In this document: piece by piece, positions 9,403 to 20,250 of the stretch
How positions within the stretch are numbered: position 1 is the stretch's first letter
How the letters are laid out: every line of letters starts with the position of its first letter
Assembly (NCBI GenBank): GCA_963832145.1
Contig: CAWHTA010000011.1
Location: 281,451-345,450 of the forward strand
Source: an uncultured Acidobacteriota bacterium
Lineage (GTDB): Bacteria > Acidobacteriota > Thermoanaerobaculia > UBA5066 > Gp7-AA6
Length of the DNA stretch: 64,000 nt
Reading direction: 5' to 3'
The notes under the pieces: generated by a model
What the model was told of the DNA's origin: nothing
The model's input: only the letters and a program-made list of their open reading frames with translations
The model's database searches: none
Position numbers and translations under genes: made by a program

Positions 9403-11304
9403 TTATGCGTTCAGGATCTGGCGGCGGTCGCCGATCCTTCTGGTGACCTTTTCGCCGTCCAGGTGCTCGAGGAGCGGGATCGCGAGCTTGCGGGAGAGGC
9501 CGAACATCTCCTTGAACTCGGCGATCTCGATGCCGTCCTTCCCCGACGCCCGGAGGCGCGACACGACGCCGTCCACGGCGTCGCGGGCGATGATCCAGCC
9601 CCCGGGCAGGCGCACGAGCGCTCCCTTCTTCACGAGGTAGCCGATCAGTCCCTCCACGACCTTCTGGCGGTGCCGGACGACCTCCGCGACCTCCGCCGGA
9701 GACGGCGGGAAGAGTCCGCGCTGCCGGAAGACGTCCGCGATCCGCTCGGAGAGCTCGCGCTCGCGCCCCGGCAGGTCGTCCCGGCCGGGAACCCTCGCTT
9801 CCTCGCCCGCCGCGACGAAGGCGCCCCGCTCGAGAAGAGCCGACTCGACCGCTTCGATCCACGGCGTTTCCGCGCCCGGCAGGAGCCGCGACATCAGCGT
9901 GCTCCGCGGCATTCCGACGGCGCCGCTTCCCGCGTCGGCGTACGCGGTGATCTCCGATCGCGCCCTCCCGACGAGCGCCGCGAGCACGGGCTCGGCGACA
10001 TATCGGTCGGGCGACCGGCGAAGAGCGCGCACGCGCCCTTCCGCGACCCCGGCGGCCAGGGACTCGCGCACCTCCGCCGCGGGGACTCCCGCCCGCACCG
10101 CGAGATCCCCTTCGGACGCCCCGCTCTCCCGCTTCTCGGCGATCCAGAGTTCGAGCCTCTCCGGGAGCGTGCCGTGCTCGAGGCGGTCGAGAAACGCGCT
10201 CACCTCGGCGACCGGCCGGCGCCCGAGAGGCGGCGCGAGCGCGTCGAGGACGACGCCGCCGCCGATCGTCGATACGGGCGACACGCGGCGGAGAACGAAC
10301 CGGTCGCCCGGCGCGAACGCGAGCGGCGCGGTGAGTCGAAACTGCGCCCGCGCCGAGCCGCCCGGTTCGATCCGCCGGCCGCCGAGGACCCGGAGGGACG
10401 CCCGCGCTTCCGACGAAAAGTGGTGGAACGACACCCGGTGTCCGCTCTCGAGATGCGGCGAGGTCGGAAGGAGGTCGATCCGCACGGTCACGAGCGCGCT
10501 CGTCGCGAAAGCGCCGGGTGAAGCGAGCACGCGTCCCCGGCCGAGGTCCTCGAGCTCGACCCCGGCGAGGTTCACGCTCACGCGCTCCCCCGCGCGGGCC
10601 TCGGCCGTCTCGCGGCCGTGGACCTCGATCCGTCGCACCCGCACGATGCGCCGGTCCGGCAGGAGCTCGAGCTTCTGCTCGCGCGAGATCGTTCCCGACA
10701 CGAGACTGCCCGTGACCACCGGCCCGAACCCGGCGATCGTGAACGCGCGGTCGATCGGGAGACGCACCCCGCGCGACGCGCGCTCCTCTTCCGCCTCGGG
10801 GAGGGCGAGCCCCACGAGGGCGCGCTTCAGCTCCTCGAGGCCCGCGCCCGTTCGCGCGGATACGGCGACGACGGGCGCGCCGGCGAGCGCCGAGCCGCGG
10901 ACCAGGTCGGCGACGTCCGACGCCGTCACTCCGACGAGCTCCGGCGCGACCCGGTCGGTCTTCGTCACCGCGACGACTCCCCGCCGGATTCCCAGCATGC
11001 GCACGATCTCGAAGTGCTCGCGCGTCTGCGGCATGACCGATTCGTCCGCCGCCACGACGAGGAGGACCGCGTCGATCCCTCCCGCGCCCGCGAGCATGTT
11101 CCGGACGAAGCGCTCGTGGCCGGGCACGTCGACGAAGGAGATCTGAACCCCCTCCCACTCCGCGTGCGCGAACCCGAGGTCGATCGTGATGCCGCGCCGC
11201 TTTTCTTCGGGCAGCCGGTCCGTGTCGATGCCGGTCAGCGCGCGGATGAGGGCCGTCTTGCCGTGGTCGATGTGCCCGGCGGTACCGACGAGGAAGCGGT
11301 TCAC
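9403..11304 (-). CDS. selB: Selenocysteine-specific translation elongation factor
   Basis: 633 aa. GTPase motifs [21 protein letters not shown]. Long winged-helix-type C-terminal extension typical of SelB. Confidence 0.9.
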   Translation of the reverse strand: MNRFLVGTAGHIDHGKTALIRALTGIDTDRLPEEKRRGITIDLGFAHAEWEGVQISFVDVPGHERFVRNMLAGAGGIDAVLLVVAADESVMPQTREHFEIVRMLGIRRGVVAVTKTDRVAPELVGVTASDVADLVRGSALAGAPVVAVSARTGAGLEELKRALVGLALPEAEEERASRGVRLPIDRAFTIAGFGPVVTGSLVSGTISREQKLELLPDRRIVRVRRIEVHGRETAEARAGERVSVNLAGVELEDLGRGRVLASPGAFATSALVTVRIDLLPTSPHLESGHRVSFHHFSSEARASLRVLGGRRIEPGGSARAQFRLTAPLAFAPGDRFVLRRVSPVSTIGGGVVLDALAPPLGRRPVAEVSAFLDRLEHGTLPERLELWIAEKRESGASEGDLAVRAGVPAAEVRESLAAGVAEGRVRALRRSPDRYVAEPVLAALVGRARSEITAYADAGSGAVGMPRSTLMSRLLPGAETPWIEAVESALLERGAFVAAGEEARVPGRDDLPGRERELSERIADVFRQRGLFPPSPAEVAEVVRHRQKVVEGLIGYLVKKGALVRLPGGWIIARDAVDGVVSRLRASGKDGIEIAEFKEMFGLSRKLAIPLLEHLDGEKVTRRIGDRRQILNA

Positions 11305-11366
11305 CCGGACAGGCTATAGCGAGGCCGCAAGTCCCGGGTCCCTGCAGCGGGTGGTAGCCTCCCCGA

Positions 11367-11804
11367 ATGCGCGGCCCGATCGAGAGCGATCTCAAACAGG
11401 CGCTCAAGGCCGGCGAAAAGCGCCGGGTTTCCACCCTGCGGCTCCTCCTCTCCGCTTTCCAGAACGACCGGATCGAGAAAGGCCGCGAGCTGACGGACGA
11501 AGAGAGCGAGGCTCTCATCCGGCGGGCGGTCAAGCAGCGGCGCGAGTCGATCGAGCAGTACCGCAAAGGCGGGCGGGAAGACCTCGCCGCAACCGAGGCG
11601 GAAGAGCTCGAGATCCTGGAGGCCTACCTGCCGAAGGGCCTGTCGGACGCCGAGCTCGAAGCCGCGATCGTGGAGATCATCCGGGAGAAGGGCTTCCAGA
11701 CGGCGCGCGACGCCGGTCTCGTGATGAAAGAGCTCATGACTCTCCACCGCGGCCGCGTGGACGGGAAGCGGGCCCAGGAGATCGCGCGACGGCTCCTTTC
11801 GTGA
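11367..11804 (+). CDS. GatB/YqeY-domain protein
   Basis: 145 aa. ..DLKQALKAGEK..V.TLRLLLSA... and ..EEL.ILE.YLP.. pattern of the YqeY family. Confidence 0.8.
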   Translation: MRGPIESDLKQALKAGEKRRVSTLRLLLSAFQNDRIEKGRELTDEESEALIRRAVKQRRESIEQYRKGGREDLAATEAEELEILEAYLPKGLSDAELEAAIVEIIREKGFQTARDAGLVMKELMTLHRGRVDGKRAQEIARRLLS

Positions 11805-12403
11805 GCGCGCCGACCGAGGACCCTGCGGCGCGGCGAGCGGATCGGATCCGGGGAAGCGAGGTCGAGGTCAAGCTTCCCGCCCCTGATCTCGATGCCATCC
11901 GCGGACGCCTCCGGGAGGGCGCTGCGACGATCGCCGCACCCCGCCACCTCGAGAGAAACTGCCTCTACGACGACTCGGACGGCTCGATCGGGAAACGGGG
12001 CTGCGTGCTCCGGCTCCGGCGCAAGCCGGCCGCCGCGATCCTGACTTTCAAGGGCCGGGCGCAGTTCGCGGGCGGCGTGAAAACGCGCGAGGAGCGCGAG
12101 ACCCGGGTCGAGGACCCGGACGAGCTCGACCGGATCCTCCGCGGCCTCGGATACGAGCCGTGCTTCCGCTACGAGAAGCATCGTGAGGAGTGGTCGTTCG
12201 AGCGGTGCGTCGTCGCGCTCGACGAGACCCCGATCGGAAAGTTCGTCGAAGTCGAAGGCGAGCCCCCGGCGATCCGCGGAGTTCTCACGAGGCTCGGGCT
12301 CGACCCGGCAGAAGCGCTTCCCTACTCCTACCCCGACCTCTACGCGCGCCGTTGCCGCGAGGACCCCTCCCTTCCGGCGGACATGCTCCTCGAGAAGGCA
12401 TGA
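11801..12403 (+). CDS. CYTH-domain protein (class IV adenylate cyclase / triphosphate tunnel metalloenzyme family)
   Basis: In-frame GTG at 11801 overlaps the yqeY stop (GTGA). EVEVKL start motif, LRLRR..ILTFKG, and a beta-rich pattern typical of CyaB/CYTH. Confidence 0.7.
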   Translation: MSAPTEDPAARRADRIRGSEVEVKLPAPDLDAIRGRLREGAATIAAPRHLERNCLYDDSDGSIGKRGCVLRLRRKPAAAILTFKGRAQFAGGVKTREERETRVEDPDELDRILRGLGYEPCFRYEKHREEWSFERCVVALDETPIGKFVEVEGEPPAIRGVLTRLGLDPAEALPYSYPDLYARRCREDPSLPADMLLEKA

Positions 12404-13374
12404 AGGCGTTTCTGCTCGCCGCCGGCCTCGGCACGAGGTTCCGGCCGGTCACCGAAGAGATCCCGAAGTCCCTGTTTCCCTTCCTGAACGTTCCGCTCGC
12501 GCTCGGCCACCTCTCCCGCCTGGCGGGGGCGGGCGTGACGGAAGTCGGGATCAACCTTCACCACCTCGGTGCGACGATCGAAGAGAAACTCGCCAGGCTC
12601 CCGCCGGGGCTTCCCCGGGTGCGGTTCTTCCGCGAGCCGGAGATCCTCGGGACGGCCGGGGCGCTCCGCAACGCTTCGGAGTGGCTCGCGGGCGACGACT
12701 TCGTCGTGGTCAACGCGGACTCCGCGATCAACGCGGACTTCGGCGCCCTCCTTTCCCGCCACCGGGAAACGGGCCGAGCGGTGACCCTGCTCGTCACCGA
12801 GAACGAAGCTCCCACCCGCTTCACCCCGCTCGCGTCCCAGGGAGACCGCATCGTCTCCTTCGGAACGAAGTCCTCCTGGCCCCTCGCCTACACCGGGGTC
12901 GCCGCTTTCTCGCCGCGAGTGCTCGCGCGCATTCCGGAGGGGGAACGCTCTCTCGTTGCCGACCTCTGGAAACCGCTCCTCGATTCCGGCGAGGAGATCG
13001 GCTGGCTGCTGCACGATCAGCCGTTCTGGGACCTCGGCACCCCGCGCGACTTTCTCCGGGCCACCCGGCAGGTCCTCACTCGCGCCGAGTCGTTCCCTTC
13101 GGAGAGGGGAAAGTTCGATCCGACCGCGCGCATCCTTTCCCTTACGCCCACGAAGAACTTCGACGGCGTGTCGAGCGTCGTCGGCCGGGCGACGATCGGT
13201 CGCGGCGCACACCTGATCGAAAGCGTCGTCTGGGACGGCGTCGAAGTCGGCGCGGGCGCGGAGCTCAAGGGATGCATCGCTGCCCGCGGCAAGATCCTTC
13301 CCGGCGCCGTGCACCGCGACTCCGTCCTCTGGGGCGATGCGGACTCCCCGGCGACGGCCTACCCGATCGACTGA
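12400..13374 (+). CDS. Sugar-phosphate nucleotidyltransferase with left-handed beta-helix C-terminus
   Basis: ATG at 12400 overlaps the CYTH stop (ATGA). MKAFLLAAGLGTRFRPVT..PK signature of the NTP_transferase family. Confidence 0.8.
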   Translation: MKAFLLAAGLGTRFRPVTEEIPKSLFPFLNVPLALGHLSRLAGAGVTEVGINLHHLGATIEEKLARLPPGLPRVRFFREPEILGTAGALRNASEWLAGDDFVVVNADSAINADFGALLSRHRETGRAVTLLVTENEAPTRFTPLASQGDRIVSFGTKSSWPLAYTGVAAFSPRVLARIPEGERSLVADLWKPLLDSGEEIGWLLHDQPFWDLGTPRDFLRATRQVLTRAESFPSERGKFDPTARILSLTPTKNFDGVSSVVGRATIGRGAHLIESVVWDGVEVGAGAELKGCIAARGKILPGAVHRDSVLWGDADSPATAYPID

Positions 13375-13386
13375 CCTTTCGTCACC

Positions 13387-14016
13387 TCACTTCCTCCAGC
13401 TCTTCTCCCCGCGATGGTGGAAGAGCGTGCGCACCTTCGCGGACCGCCCGAAGACGCGCACGACCGCCATCCGATCGCGCCCGTCCCATAAGTAGACCGA
13501 GCCCGGCGTGCTCTCTCCGAGCGGGGAGAAAGAGCAGAGGTCCGAGCTGTTGAAGCGGATCGGGTCGTCCAGGCGATCGAGCGTCGAGCCGGGGCTGCCC
13601 GGATCCGGCACCGGCGTGCCTTTGAGGATCCCGGGAATCACGTCGGCTCTCGGCCAGATGATCGCAAGACCGAGCGAGCGGTCCACTCCGGACGCGATCT
13701 CCGCGTTGAGAACGCCGTTTCCGTTTCCATCGCGAAAGAGCGCCCACTCCCAGCGGCCGCCGTCCTTTCGGAACTTGAGGGCGACCGAGATGCCTTTCGT
13801 GAGCGCGTAGGCGCGAGCGCGAAGAAATCCCGCCGAGAGCTCCGCCGCTGCAGACCGCACCGCGAGCGCCGACTGGAGCTGAAACGCGCCGGTCGCCGTG
13901 GCCGCGAGAAGCGCGCCCGCAACGGCGAGCCCGACGACGAGCTCGATCGAGGTCAGGCCGCACGAAAGGGAAAGCCCGGGACCGCGGGCGCGGCCCCGGG
14001 CGGGCACGAGCTTCAC
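13387..14016 (-). CDS. Prepilin-type N-terminal methylation-domain pseudopilin (GspH/FimT-like)
   Basis: GTG at 14016 overlaps the comEA stop (GTGA). GLTSIELVVGLAVAGALLA cleavage/methylation motif. Confidence 0.75.
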   Translation of the reverse strand: MKLVPARGRARGPGLSLSCGLTSIELVVGLAVAGALLAATATGAFQLQSALAVRSAAAELSAGFLRARAYALTKGISVALKFRKDGGRWEWALFRDGNGNGVLNAEIASGVDRSLGLAIIWPRADVIPGILKGTPVPDPGSPGSTLDRLDDPIRFNSSDLCSFSPLGESTPGSVYLWDGRDRMAVVRVFGRSAKVRTLFHHRGEKSWRK

Positions 14017-14435
14017 CGTCCCTTGCCCGCGGGGACGGAGGCCGGAGCGGGTTTGGGCGCGGGCTTGTTGGCGGGAACGGAATCTCCCCGCTTTCGGGGA
14101 GATCCCGAGCGAACCTTGGCGGCGAGTGTGGTGGGACCGCTCACGGCGAGGTAGGGCTTCAAGGTCAGGAAGAGCTTTTCGCCGATGCCCTTGACCTCCA
14201 TGAGGTCCTCGGTGCGGGCAAACGGCCCATGGCTCTTTCGATACTCGAGAACGCGGACGGCGACTTTCTCGCCGATGCGCGGCAGAAAAGCGATCTGCGC
14301 CGCGGAAGCCTGGTTGATGTTCACCTTCCCGGAGGGCGCCGCCTCGGGGGCGGTGTCCGCGCGAGCTCCGGCGGCGCCGGCGAAGAGAAAGGCCGCGGCG
14401 AGCAGGGCGGCCGGGGCTTTTCGAATCGTGGTCAT
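14013..14435 (-). CDS. comEA: ComEA-like helix-hairpin-helix DNA-binding protein
   Basis: 140 aa. Signal/anchor sequence. VNINQASAAQIAFLPRIGEKVAVRVLEYR..GPF...EDLMEVKGIGEKL tandem HhH pattern. AAGGAG RBS 7 nt upstream. Confidence 0.85.
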   Translation of the reverse strand: MTTIRKAPAALLAAAFLFAGAAGARADTAPEAAPSGKVNINQASAAQIAFLPRIGEKVAVRVLEYRKSHGPFARTEDLMEVKGIGEKLFLTLKPYLAVSGPTTLAAKVRSGSPRKRGDSVPANKPAPKPAPASVPAGKGR

Positions 14436-14801
14436 GGATGCTCCTTTTTTCGACTGCGCGAGGGGATTTCGATACGGGTCGGACTCGGGATGATCGAAAC
14501 GGTTCCGTCCTCATCGAGTTTTGCGATCAGGCGTTCTCCATCGGCACCTCCTGTCTTGATCCGGGCAGAGGGCGAGAAGCGTGCCCCGTGCGCTCCTTCA
14601 CCGAACTTCTGTCGCGGAAGGCGTTGCGCGTTTCGGAGCGCCTCACGCGGCGATGCACGGTGCAAGAAAAGCTGCCGGGTGGAGGAGGTCGGAACGGGCC
14701 GAAAGCTCTGAACCGGCAGGGCTCCCGCGCGAACGGAAAGCGCGCCGGCACCCGACGGGAGTTTTTACGGGGCTACCGGACGCCCGATAGACTCTGCCGT
14801 C

Positions 14802-15446
14802 GTGCCGGGCCGGGAGTTCGTCGTCGGAGTCTCGGGCGCGTCCGGCGCGTCGCTGCCGCGGCGGTTCGTGGAGCTGGTCAGCCGCGCGCCGGGGGTGTCG
14901 CGCCTTCACCTCGTCTTCTCCTCGTCGAGCCTGAAGGTCGCGCGGACCGAAATCGACCCCGCGATCGCCACCGGGAGGGATTGGGTGTCGCGCCTCGATC
15001 TCCCCCGCGACGCCGCGCGGCGCCTGGAGCTCCACTCGAACGACGACGTCGGGGCGACGATCGCGTCGGGCTCCTATCCGGTCGCCGGCATGGCTGTCGT
15101 CCCCTGTAGCGCCGGGACCCTGGGAGCGATCGCGAACGGAATCTCCCGCGACCTCCTCCAGCGCGCCGCCGACGTCTGTCTGAAGGAACGGCGGCCGCTC
15201 GTTCTCGCGTTCCGGGAGTCCCCCTACTCGCTCATCCACGTCGAGAACATGCGGCGGGTGACTCTCGCCGGTGCGGTCGTCGCGCCCCCCTCCCCGGCGT
15301 TCTACATCCGGGAGCCCTCGATGGACCGCTTCCTCGACGCGTGGTGCGCTCGCGCGGCACGGCTCATCGGGATCGACCTCCCGGACGAGGCGTTTCGGTG
15401 GACCGGGACCGGGAAGGAGCGCGCGCGGAAACCCCGGCGGTCGTGA
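14802..15446 (+). CDS. ubiX: Flavin prenyltransferase UbiX
   Basis: 214 aa with GTG start. VVGVSGASGA flavoprotein motif and UbiX-like length. Confidence 0.85.
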   Translation: MPGREFVVGVSGASGASLPRRFVELVSRAPGVSRLHLVFSSSSLKVARTEIDPAIATGRDWVSRLDLPRDAARRLELHSNDDVGATIASGSYPVAGMAVVPCSAGTLGAIANGISRDLLQRAADVCLKERRPLVLAFRESPYSLIHVENMRRVTLAGAVVAPPSPAFYIREPSMDRFLDAWCARAARLIGIDLPDEAFRWTGTGKERARKPRRS

Positions 15447-16318
15447 CGGGCGCATCCCCTCGCGTCGCGCGGCCCCTTCGCACGACGCTCGAGATGATCA
15501 AGTTCTCGCACACGATCTTCGCCCTGCCGTTCGCCCTGCTGGCCGCGGTGCTCGCGGCGGACGGCTGGCCCGATCCGGCCACGCTCGTGAAGATCCTTCT
15601 CGCGATGATCGGCGCGCGAAGCGCCGCCATGGCTCACAACCGTCTCGCCGACCGCGAGCTCGACGCCGCGAACCCGCGGACCGCGTCGCGGGCCCTTCCT
15701 TCCGGCGCCCTCTCGGTGACCTACGTCCGCGTGTTCCTGGCGGCCTCGGTCGTCCTCTTCGTCGCGGCCGCGGCGAGCCTGAACCGCCTGACTCTCCTTC
15801 TCTCGCCGGTCGCGCTCGCCCTCCTCTTTCTCTATGCGTACGCGAAGCGCCACACCTCGCTTTCGCACGTCCTTCTGGGCGTCTGCCTCGCGATGGCGCC
15901 CATGGGCGCCTGGATCGCCGTGCGCGGAGAACTGGGAACGGTGCCGGTGCTGCTCGGCCTCGCCGTGCTGTGCTGGACCGCGGGCTTCGACGTGATCTAC
16001 GCGCTGCAGGACGAGGAGCACGACCGCCGGACGGGCCTCTACTCGATCCCGGCCCGGCTCGGCGCGGGTCCCGCCCTGGCGATTTCCGCGCTCTTCCACG
16101 CCGGTATGCTCGCGCTGCTCCTCCTCGTCTGGCGCATGCAGGGAGGCGGGACGCTCTTCGGGATCGGCATCGGGGCCACCGCCGCCGCGCTCCTCTACCA
16201 GCACTCGGTGGTGCGGCCTCGCGACCTTTCCCGCGTGAACGCCGCGTTCTTCACGGCGAACGGGTTCGTGTCGGTGGCGCTCGCGGCGTTCGGGATCGCG
16301 GACGTGATGGTGAGGTAG
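15443..16318 (+). CDS. ubiA: UbiA-family 4-hydroxybenzoate polyprenyltransferase
   Basis: In-frame GTG at 15443 overlaps the ubiX stop. Multi-TM protein with the NRLADRELD and YALQDEEHD Asp-rich prenyltransferase motifs. Confidence 0.85.
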   Translation: MTGASPRVARPLRTTLEMIKFSHTIFALPFALLAAVLAADGWPDPATLVKILLAMIGARSAAMAHNRLADRELDAANPRTASRALPSGALSVTYVRVFLAASVVLFVAAAASLNRLTLLLSPVALALLFLYAYAKRHTSLSHVLLGVCLAMAPMGAWIAVRGELGTVPVLLGLAVLCWTAGFDVIYALQDEEHDRRTGLYSIPARLGAGPALAISALFHAGMLALLLLVWRMQGGGTLFGIGIGATAAALLYQHSVVRPRDLSRVNAAFFTANGFVSVALAAFGIADVMVR

Positions 16319-16343
16319 TCCCTTCGTCTAGAATCCGTCGCCG

Positions 16344-17009
16344 ATGGCCATCCCGTCCGAGGGCGACCTCACCCTTCGACACATCGCGCTCGACGGACCG
16401 ATCGGCGTCGGGAAAACGTCTCTCTGCGAGATGCTCGCGCGCCGGTTCCACGGCACGAAGATCCTCGAGGACGTCGACAACCCGTTTCTGCCCGAGTTCT
16501 ACAAGAAGAAGAAGGGCTCCGCCTTCCAGACCCAGCTCTTCTTCCTGCTCTCGCGCTATCAGCAGCAGCGCGAGATCGCGCAGATCGACCTCTTCACCAC
16601 TCTCGTCGTCGCGGACTACCACTTCCCGAAGGACAAGATCTTCGCGTACCTGAACCTCGACGACTCCGAGCTCCTCATTTACGACCGCCTCTACGGACTG
16701 CTCTCCGAGTCGGTGGCGAAGCCGGATCTCGTCATCTACCTGCAGGGATCGCTCGAGACCTGTATGAAGCGGGTGAAGAAGGCGTCGCGGGCGTTCGAGA
16801 AGGGGATGACGCCGGAGTACCTCGCCCAGCTGATCGAGGCCTACAACTACTACTTCTACCACTACGAAGAGACGCCGCTCTTGGTCGTGGACACCAACGA
16901 GATCGACTTCGTCAACCAGCCCGCGGACTTCGACGACCTGGTCGCGCAGATCCGCCGCGCCCGCAAGGGGATGCAGTACTACGTCCCCGCGGCGCATTCA
17001 GAGTCTTAG
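16344..17009 (+). CDS. Deoxynucleoside kinase
   Basis: 221 aa. P-loop DGPIGVGKTS. dNK-family pattern (..FLPEFY.., DR...E..). Confidence 0.8.
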   Translation: MAIPSEGDLTLRHIALDGPIGVGKTSLCEMLARRFHGTKILEDVDNPFLPEFYKKKKGSAFQTQLFFLLSRYQQQREIAQIDLFTTLVVADYHFPKDKIFAYLNLDDSELLIYDRLYGLLSESVAKPDLVIYLQGSLETCMKRVKKASRAFEKGMTPEYLAQLIEAYNYYFYHYEETPLLVVDTNEIDFVNQPADFDDLVAQIRRARKGMQYYVPAAHSES

Positions 17010-17010
17010 C

Positions 17011-17104
17011 GGGGTCAGGTCTTCACTGATCGCACGGCCGCCCGTTTAGCCGAGCTGGTCCTGACATCTTTGCGCAGCAAAGTGTCAGGTGGAGACCTGA
17101 CCCC
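17011..17104. repeat. Composite palindromic REP (ggggtcaggtc ... gacctgacccc with inner hairpin)
   Basis: Perfect 11-nt outer inverted repeat (17011-17021 / 17094-17104). It encloses the inner near-perfect hairpin cctgaca.ctttgc/gcaaag.tgtcagg (17060-17089). Confidence 0.75.
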
Positions 17105-17226
17105 AGGTGCACCGATGACCCCATCCCCGAACCTCGGCCGCCCTTTTGCCTATAATTAGTGGCTGACGCCCTTGTCGGCGGCGATCCCGGTCTTCGGGAC
17201 GTCGACCGAAAGGAAAGGAGCGCGAC

Positions 17227-18072
17227 ATGCCGAGCCTCTCGGAGACCTCTCCTCTCACCATCCCCGCACTCGTCGCCGCCAAGGGGGGCGAAAAGATCGC
17301 GATGCTGACCGCGTACGACGCGCCGTCGGCCACGCTTCTCGACGAGGCCGGGGTGGACGTGCTCCTCGTCGGAGACTCCGTCGAGATGGCTGTCTACGGC
17401 GAGACGAACACCCTCTCCGCGACGATGGACTCGATGATCCGGCACTCGCGGGCAGTCTCGCGCGCCGTGAAGCGCGCCGTCGTCGTCGGAGACATGCCGT
17501 TTCTCTCCTACCAGACCGACCCGCACCGCGCCGTCGAGAACGCCGGGCGTTTCCTCGCCGAGGGCGGCTGCGCCGCCGTCAAGGTGGAGGGAGGCGCGCG
17601 TGTTCTGCCCGCGGTGGACGCGATCCTCTCTGCCGACATCCCGGTGATGGGACACGTCGGCCTGACCCCCCAGTCGTTCCGGAAGTTCGGCGGGTTCAAG
17701 GTGCAGGGGCGCGAAACCGAAAGCGCGCGTGCGATCCGCGAGGACGCGAAGGCGCTCGCCGACGCGGGATGCTTCGCGATCGTTCTGGAGTGCGTCCCGG
17801 CGGCGCTGGCGGCGGAGATCACGCGGGAGATCGGGGTCCCGACGATCGGCATCGGTGCGGGCCCCTCCTGCGACGGCCAGGTCCTCGTGTTCCACGACGT
17901 GATGGGGCTGACGCGCGACATCCATCCGAAGTTCGTCCGCCGCTACGCGGACCTCTCGTCGGTGATCGGCGACGCGGCGAAGGCATTCACCCGGGACGTG
18001 AAGGACGGCAGCTTTCCCACGGAACAGGAGTCCTTCTCGGGGGGCAAGCCCGCGCTGCGGCGGGTGTACTGA
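17227..18072 (+). CDS. panB: 3-methyl-2-oxobutanoate hydroxymethyltransferase
   Basis: 281 aa. MLTAYDAPSA..L..AGVDVLLVGDS and VKVEGG motifs. Confidence 0.95.
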   Translation: MPSLSETSPLTIPALVAAKGGEKIAMLTAYDAPSATLLDEAGVDVLLVGDSVEMAVYGETNTLSATMDSMIRHSRAVSRAVKRAVVVGDMPFLSYQTDPHRAVENAGRFLAEGGCAAVKVEGGARVLPAVDAILSADIPVMGHVGLTPQSFRKFGGFKVQGRETESARAIREDAKALADAGCFAIVLECVPAALAAEITREIGVPTIGIGAGPSCDGQVLVFHDVMGLTRDIHPKFVRRYADLSSVIGDAAKAFTRDVKDGSFPTEQESFSGGKPALRRVY

Positions 18073-18076
18073 GGAA

Positions 18077-18149
18077 GCTGTCAGCGATCAGCTCTCAGCT
18101 ATCAGCGAAAGCCCGGGTCCCCTCTGGCTGACCGCTGACAGCTGATAGC
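18077..18149. repeat. Heptad-periodic inverted repeat element (TCAGC-array family), copy B
   Basis: gctgtcagcgatcagctctcagctatcagc, a spacer, then gctgaccgctgacagctgatagc. Arms are nearly identical to copy A at 530-610. Located between panB and panC. Confidence 0.8.
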
Positions 18150-18155
18150 TCGTCC

Positions 18156-18994
18156 ATGAAAGCCGTCCGGGAAGTCTCCGCCCTGCGGAGTCTCATCCGC
18201 GAGGCACGAGTCTCGGGCAGTCGATCTCCTTCGTCCCGACGATGGGTGCGCTGCACGAGGGGCATCTCTCGCTCGTGCGCCTGGCGCGGCGGGAGGGCCC
18301 GTTCGTCGTCGTGTCGATCTTCGTCAACCCGCTCCAGTTCGCGCCGGGCGAGGACCTCGCGCGCTATCCGCGCCGGGAGGCGGCCGATCTCGCCGCTCTC
18401 GAGCGCGAAGGCGTGGACGTCGTCTACCTGCCGCGGGCCGAAGATCTCTATCCGACGGACTTCTCCACCGCGGTGGAAGTGCGTGGCGTCTCGGAGGGCG
18501 GCGAGGGCGGGGCGCGGCCCGGACACTTCCGTGGGGTCGCGACAGTCGTGGCCAAGCTCTTCCTCCAGGTTGCCCCCGACGTCGCGGTGTTCGGACAGAA
18601 AGATCTCCAGCAGGTCGCTGTCATCCGCCGGATGGTCCGCGACCTCGACTTCCCTCTCCGCCTCGTCGTCGGCGAGACCGTCCGCGAGCCGGACGGGCTC
18701 GCGATGTCGTCGCGCAACGCCTATCTCTCGCCGGAGGAGCGCGAGCGCGCCGCCGCGTTTCCCCGAGCGCTCCTCGAAGCGCGCCGCGACGTCGAAGGCG
18801 GTGAGCGGGACGCTGCGACCATCGCGGCCGCGGTCCGCCGCAAGCTCACCGCGGCGGGGCTCGGCGTGGACTACGTCGACGTCCTCGACCCGGACACGAT
18901 GAGTCCCGTCCGGGAAGCAAGGAGCGGGAGCGCCCTCGCGGCGGCGGTCCGGGTCGGCAGGACGCGCCTCATCGACAACGTCCGGCTTCCTTGA
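18156..18994 (+). pseudogene. panC: Pantoate-beta-alanine ligase, apparent 1-nt deletion near 18215
   Basis: ORF 18242-18994 begins at the HIGH-type motif (PT)MGALHEGH. The expected N-terminus MKAVREVSALRSLIREARVSG is in the adjacent frame (ORF 18156). QSISFVPT follows in the main frame. The join falls at the ggg run at 18215-18217. Confidence 0.85.
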
Positions 18995-19025
18995 CCGGGC
19001 GCGCCCGACGCGACAGGATCGGGGC

Positions 19026-19908
<883 letters not shown>

Positions 19909-20250
19909 CCCTTCAAATCCCCTGTAAAAGCACGGTGTTTGCCCGCCTTCTTCGACTTAGGTCGTAGTCTCCCACCGTCCAAGAAACCGCTTGCGCTGCC
20001 GTTTCGGCGCGTGCTACGTTGCGTCAACTTTTACGAAAACCCCGCATACCCGGCACATCACTATGTTTGTCCTTCCCCCATCCGTACGCCTACGCGGGGC
20101 GGCGTTCGCGCATTTGAAAGGGGGTCGGTCCTAGAGCACAAGTCTCTCCCGGCGCGTGCCGGGAGGTTTCGAATCGAAGTTTCGGTTTTTATTTGATTGG
20201 AGCGACAACGCTCCACGAAGAGGGTAATACCCAGGAGATCGGCAAGGTCA

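Noticed and set aside
9392-11566. N-terminal 725 codons of the 1492-aa track ORF 7088-11566(-)
   Set aside because: This part overlaps selB in another frame and is Arg/Pro-rich nonsense. The real kinase starts at GTG 9391, just after the selB stop.
14432-14665. 77-aa minus-strand ORF whose stop overlaps the comEA start (ATGA)
   Set aside because: The overlap is suggestive, but the protein has no recognisable motif and is Arg-rich. comEA has its own strong AAGGAG RBS, and there is no convincing RBS or start for the small ORF. I left it unannotated. The 365-nt comEA-ubiX intergenic region remains unexplained.
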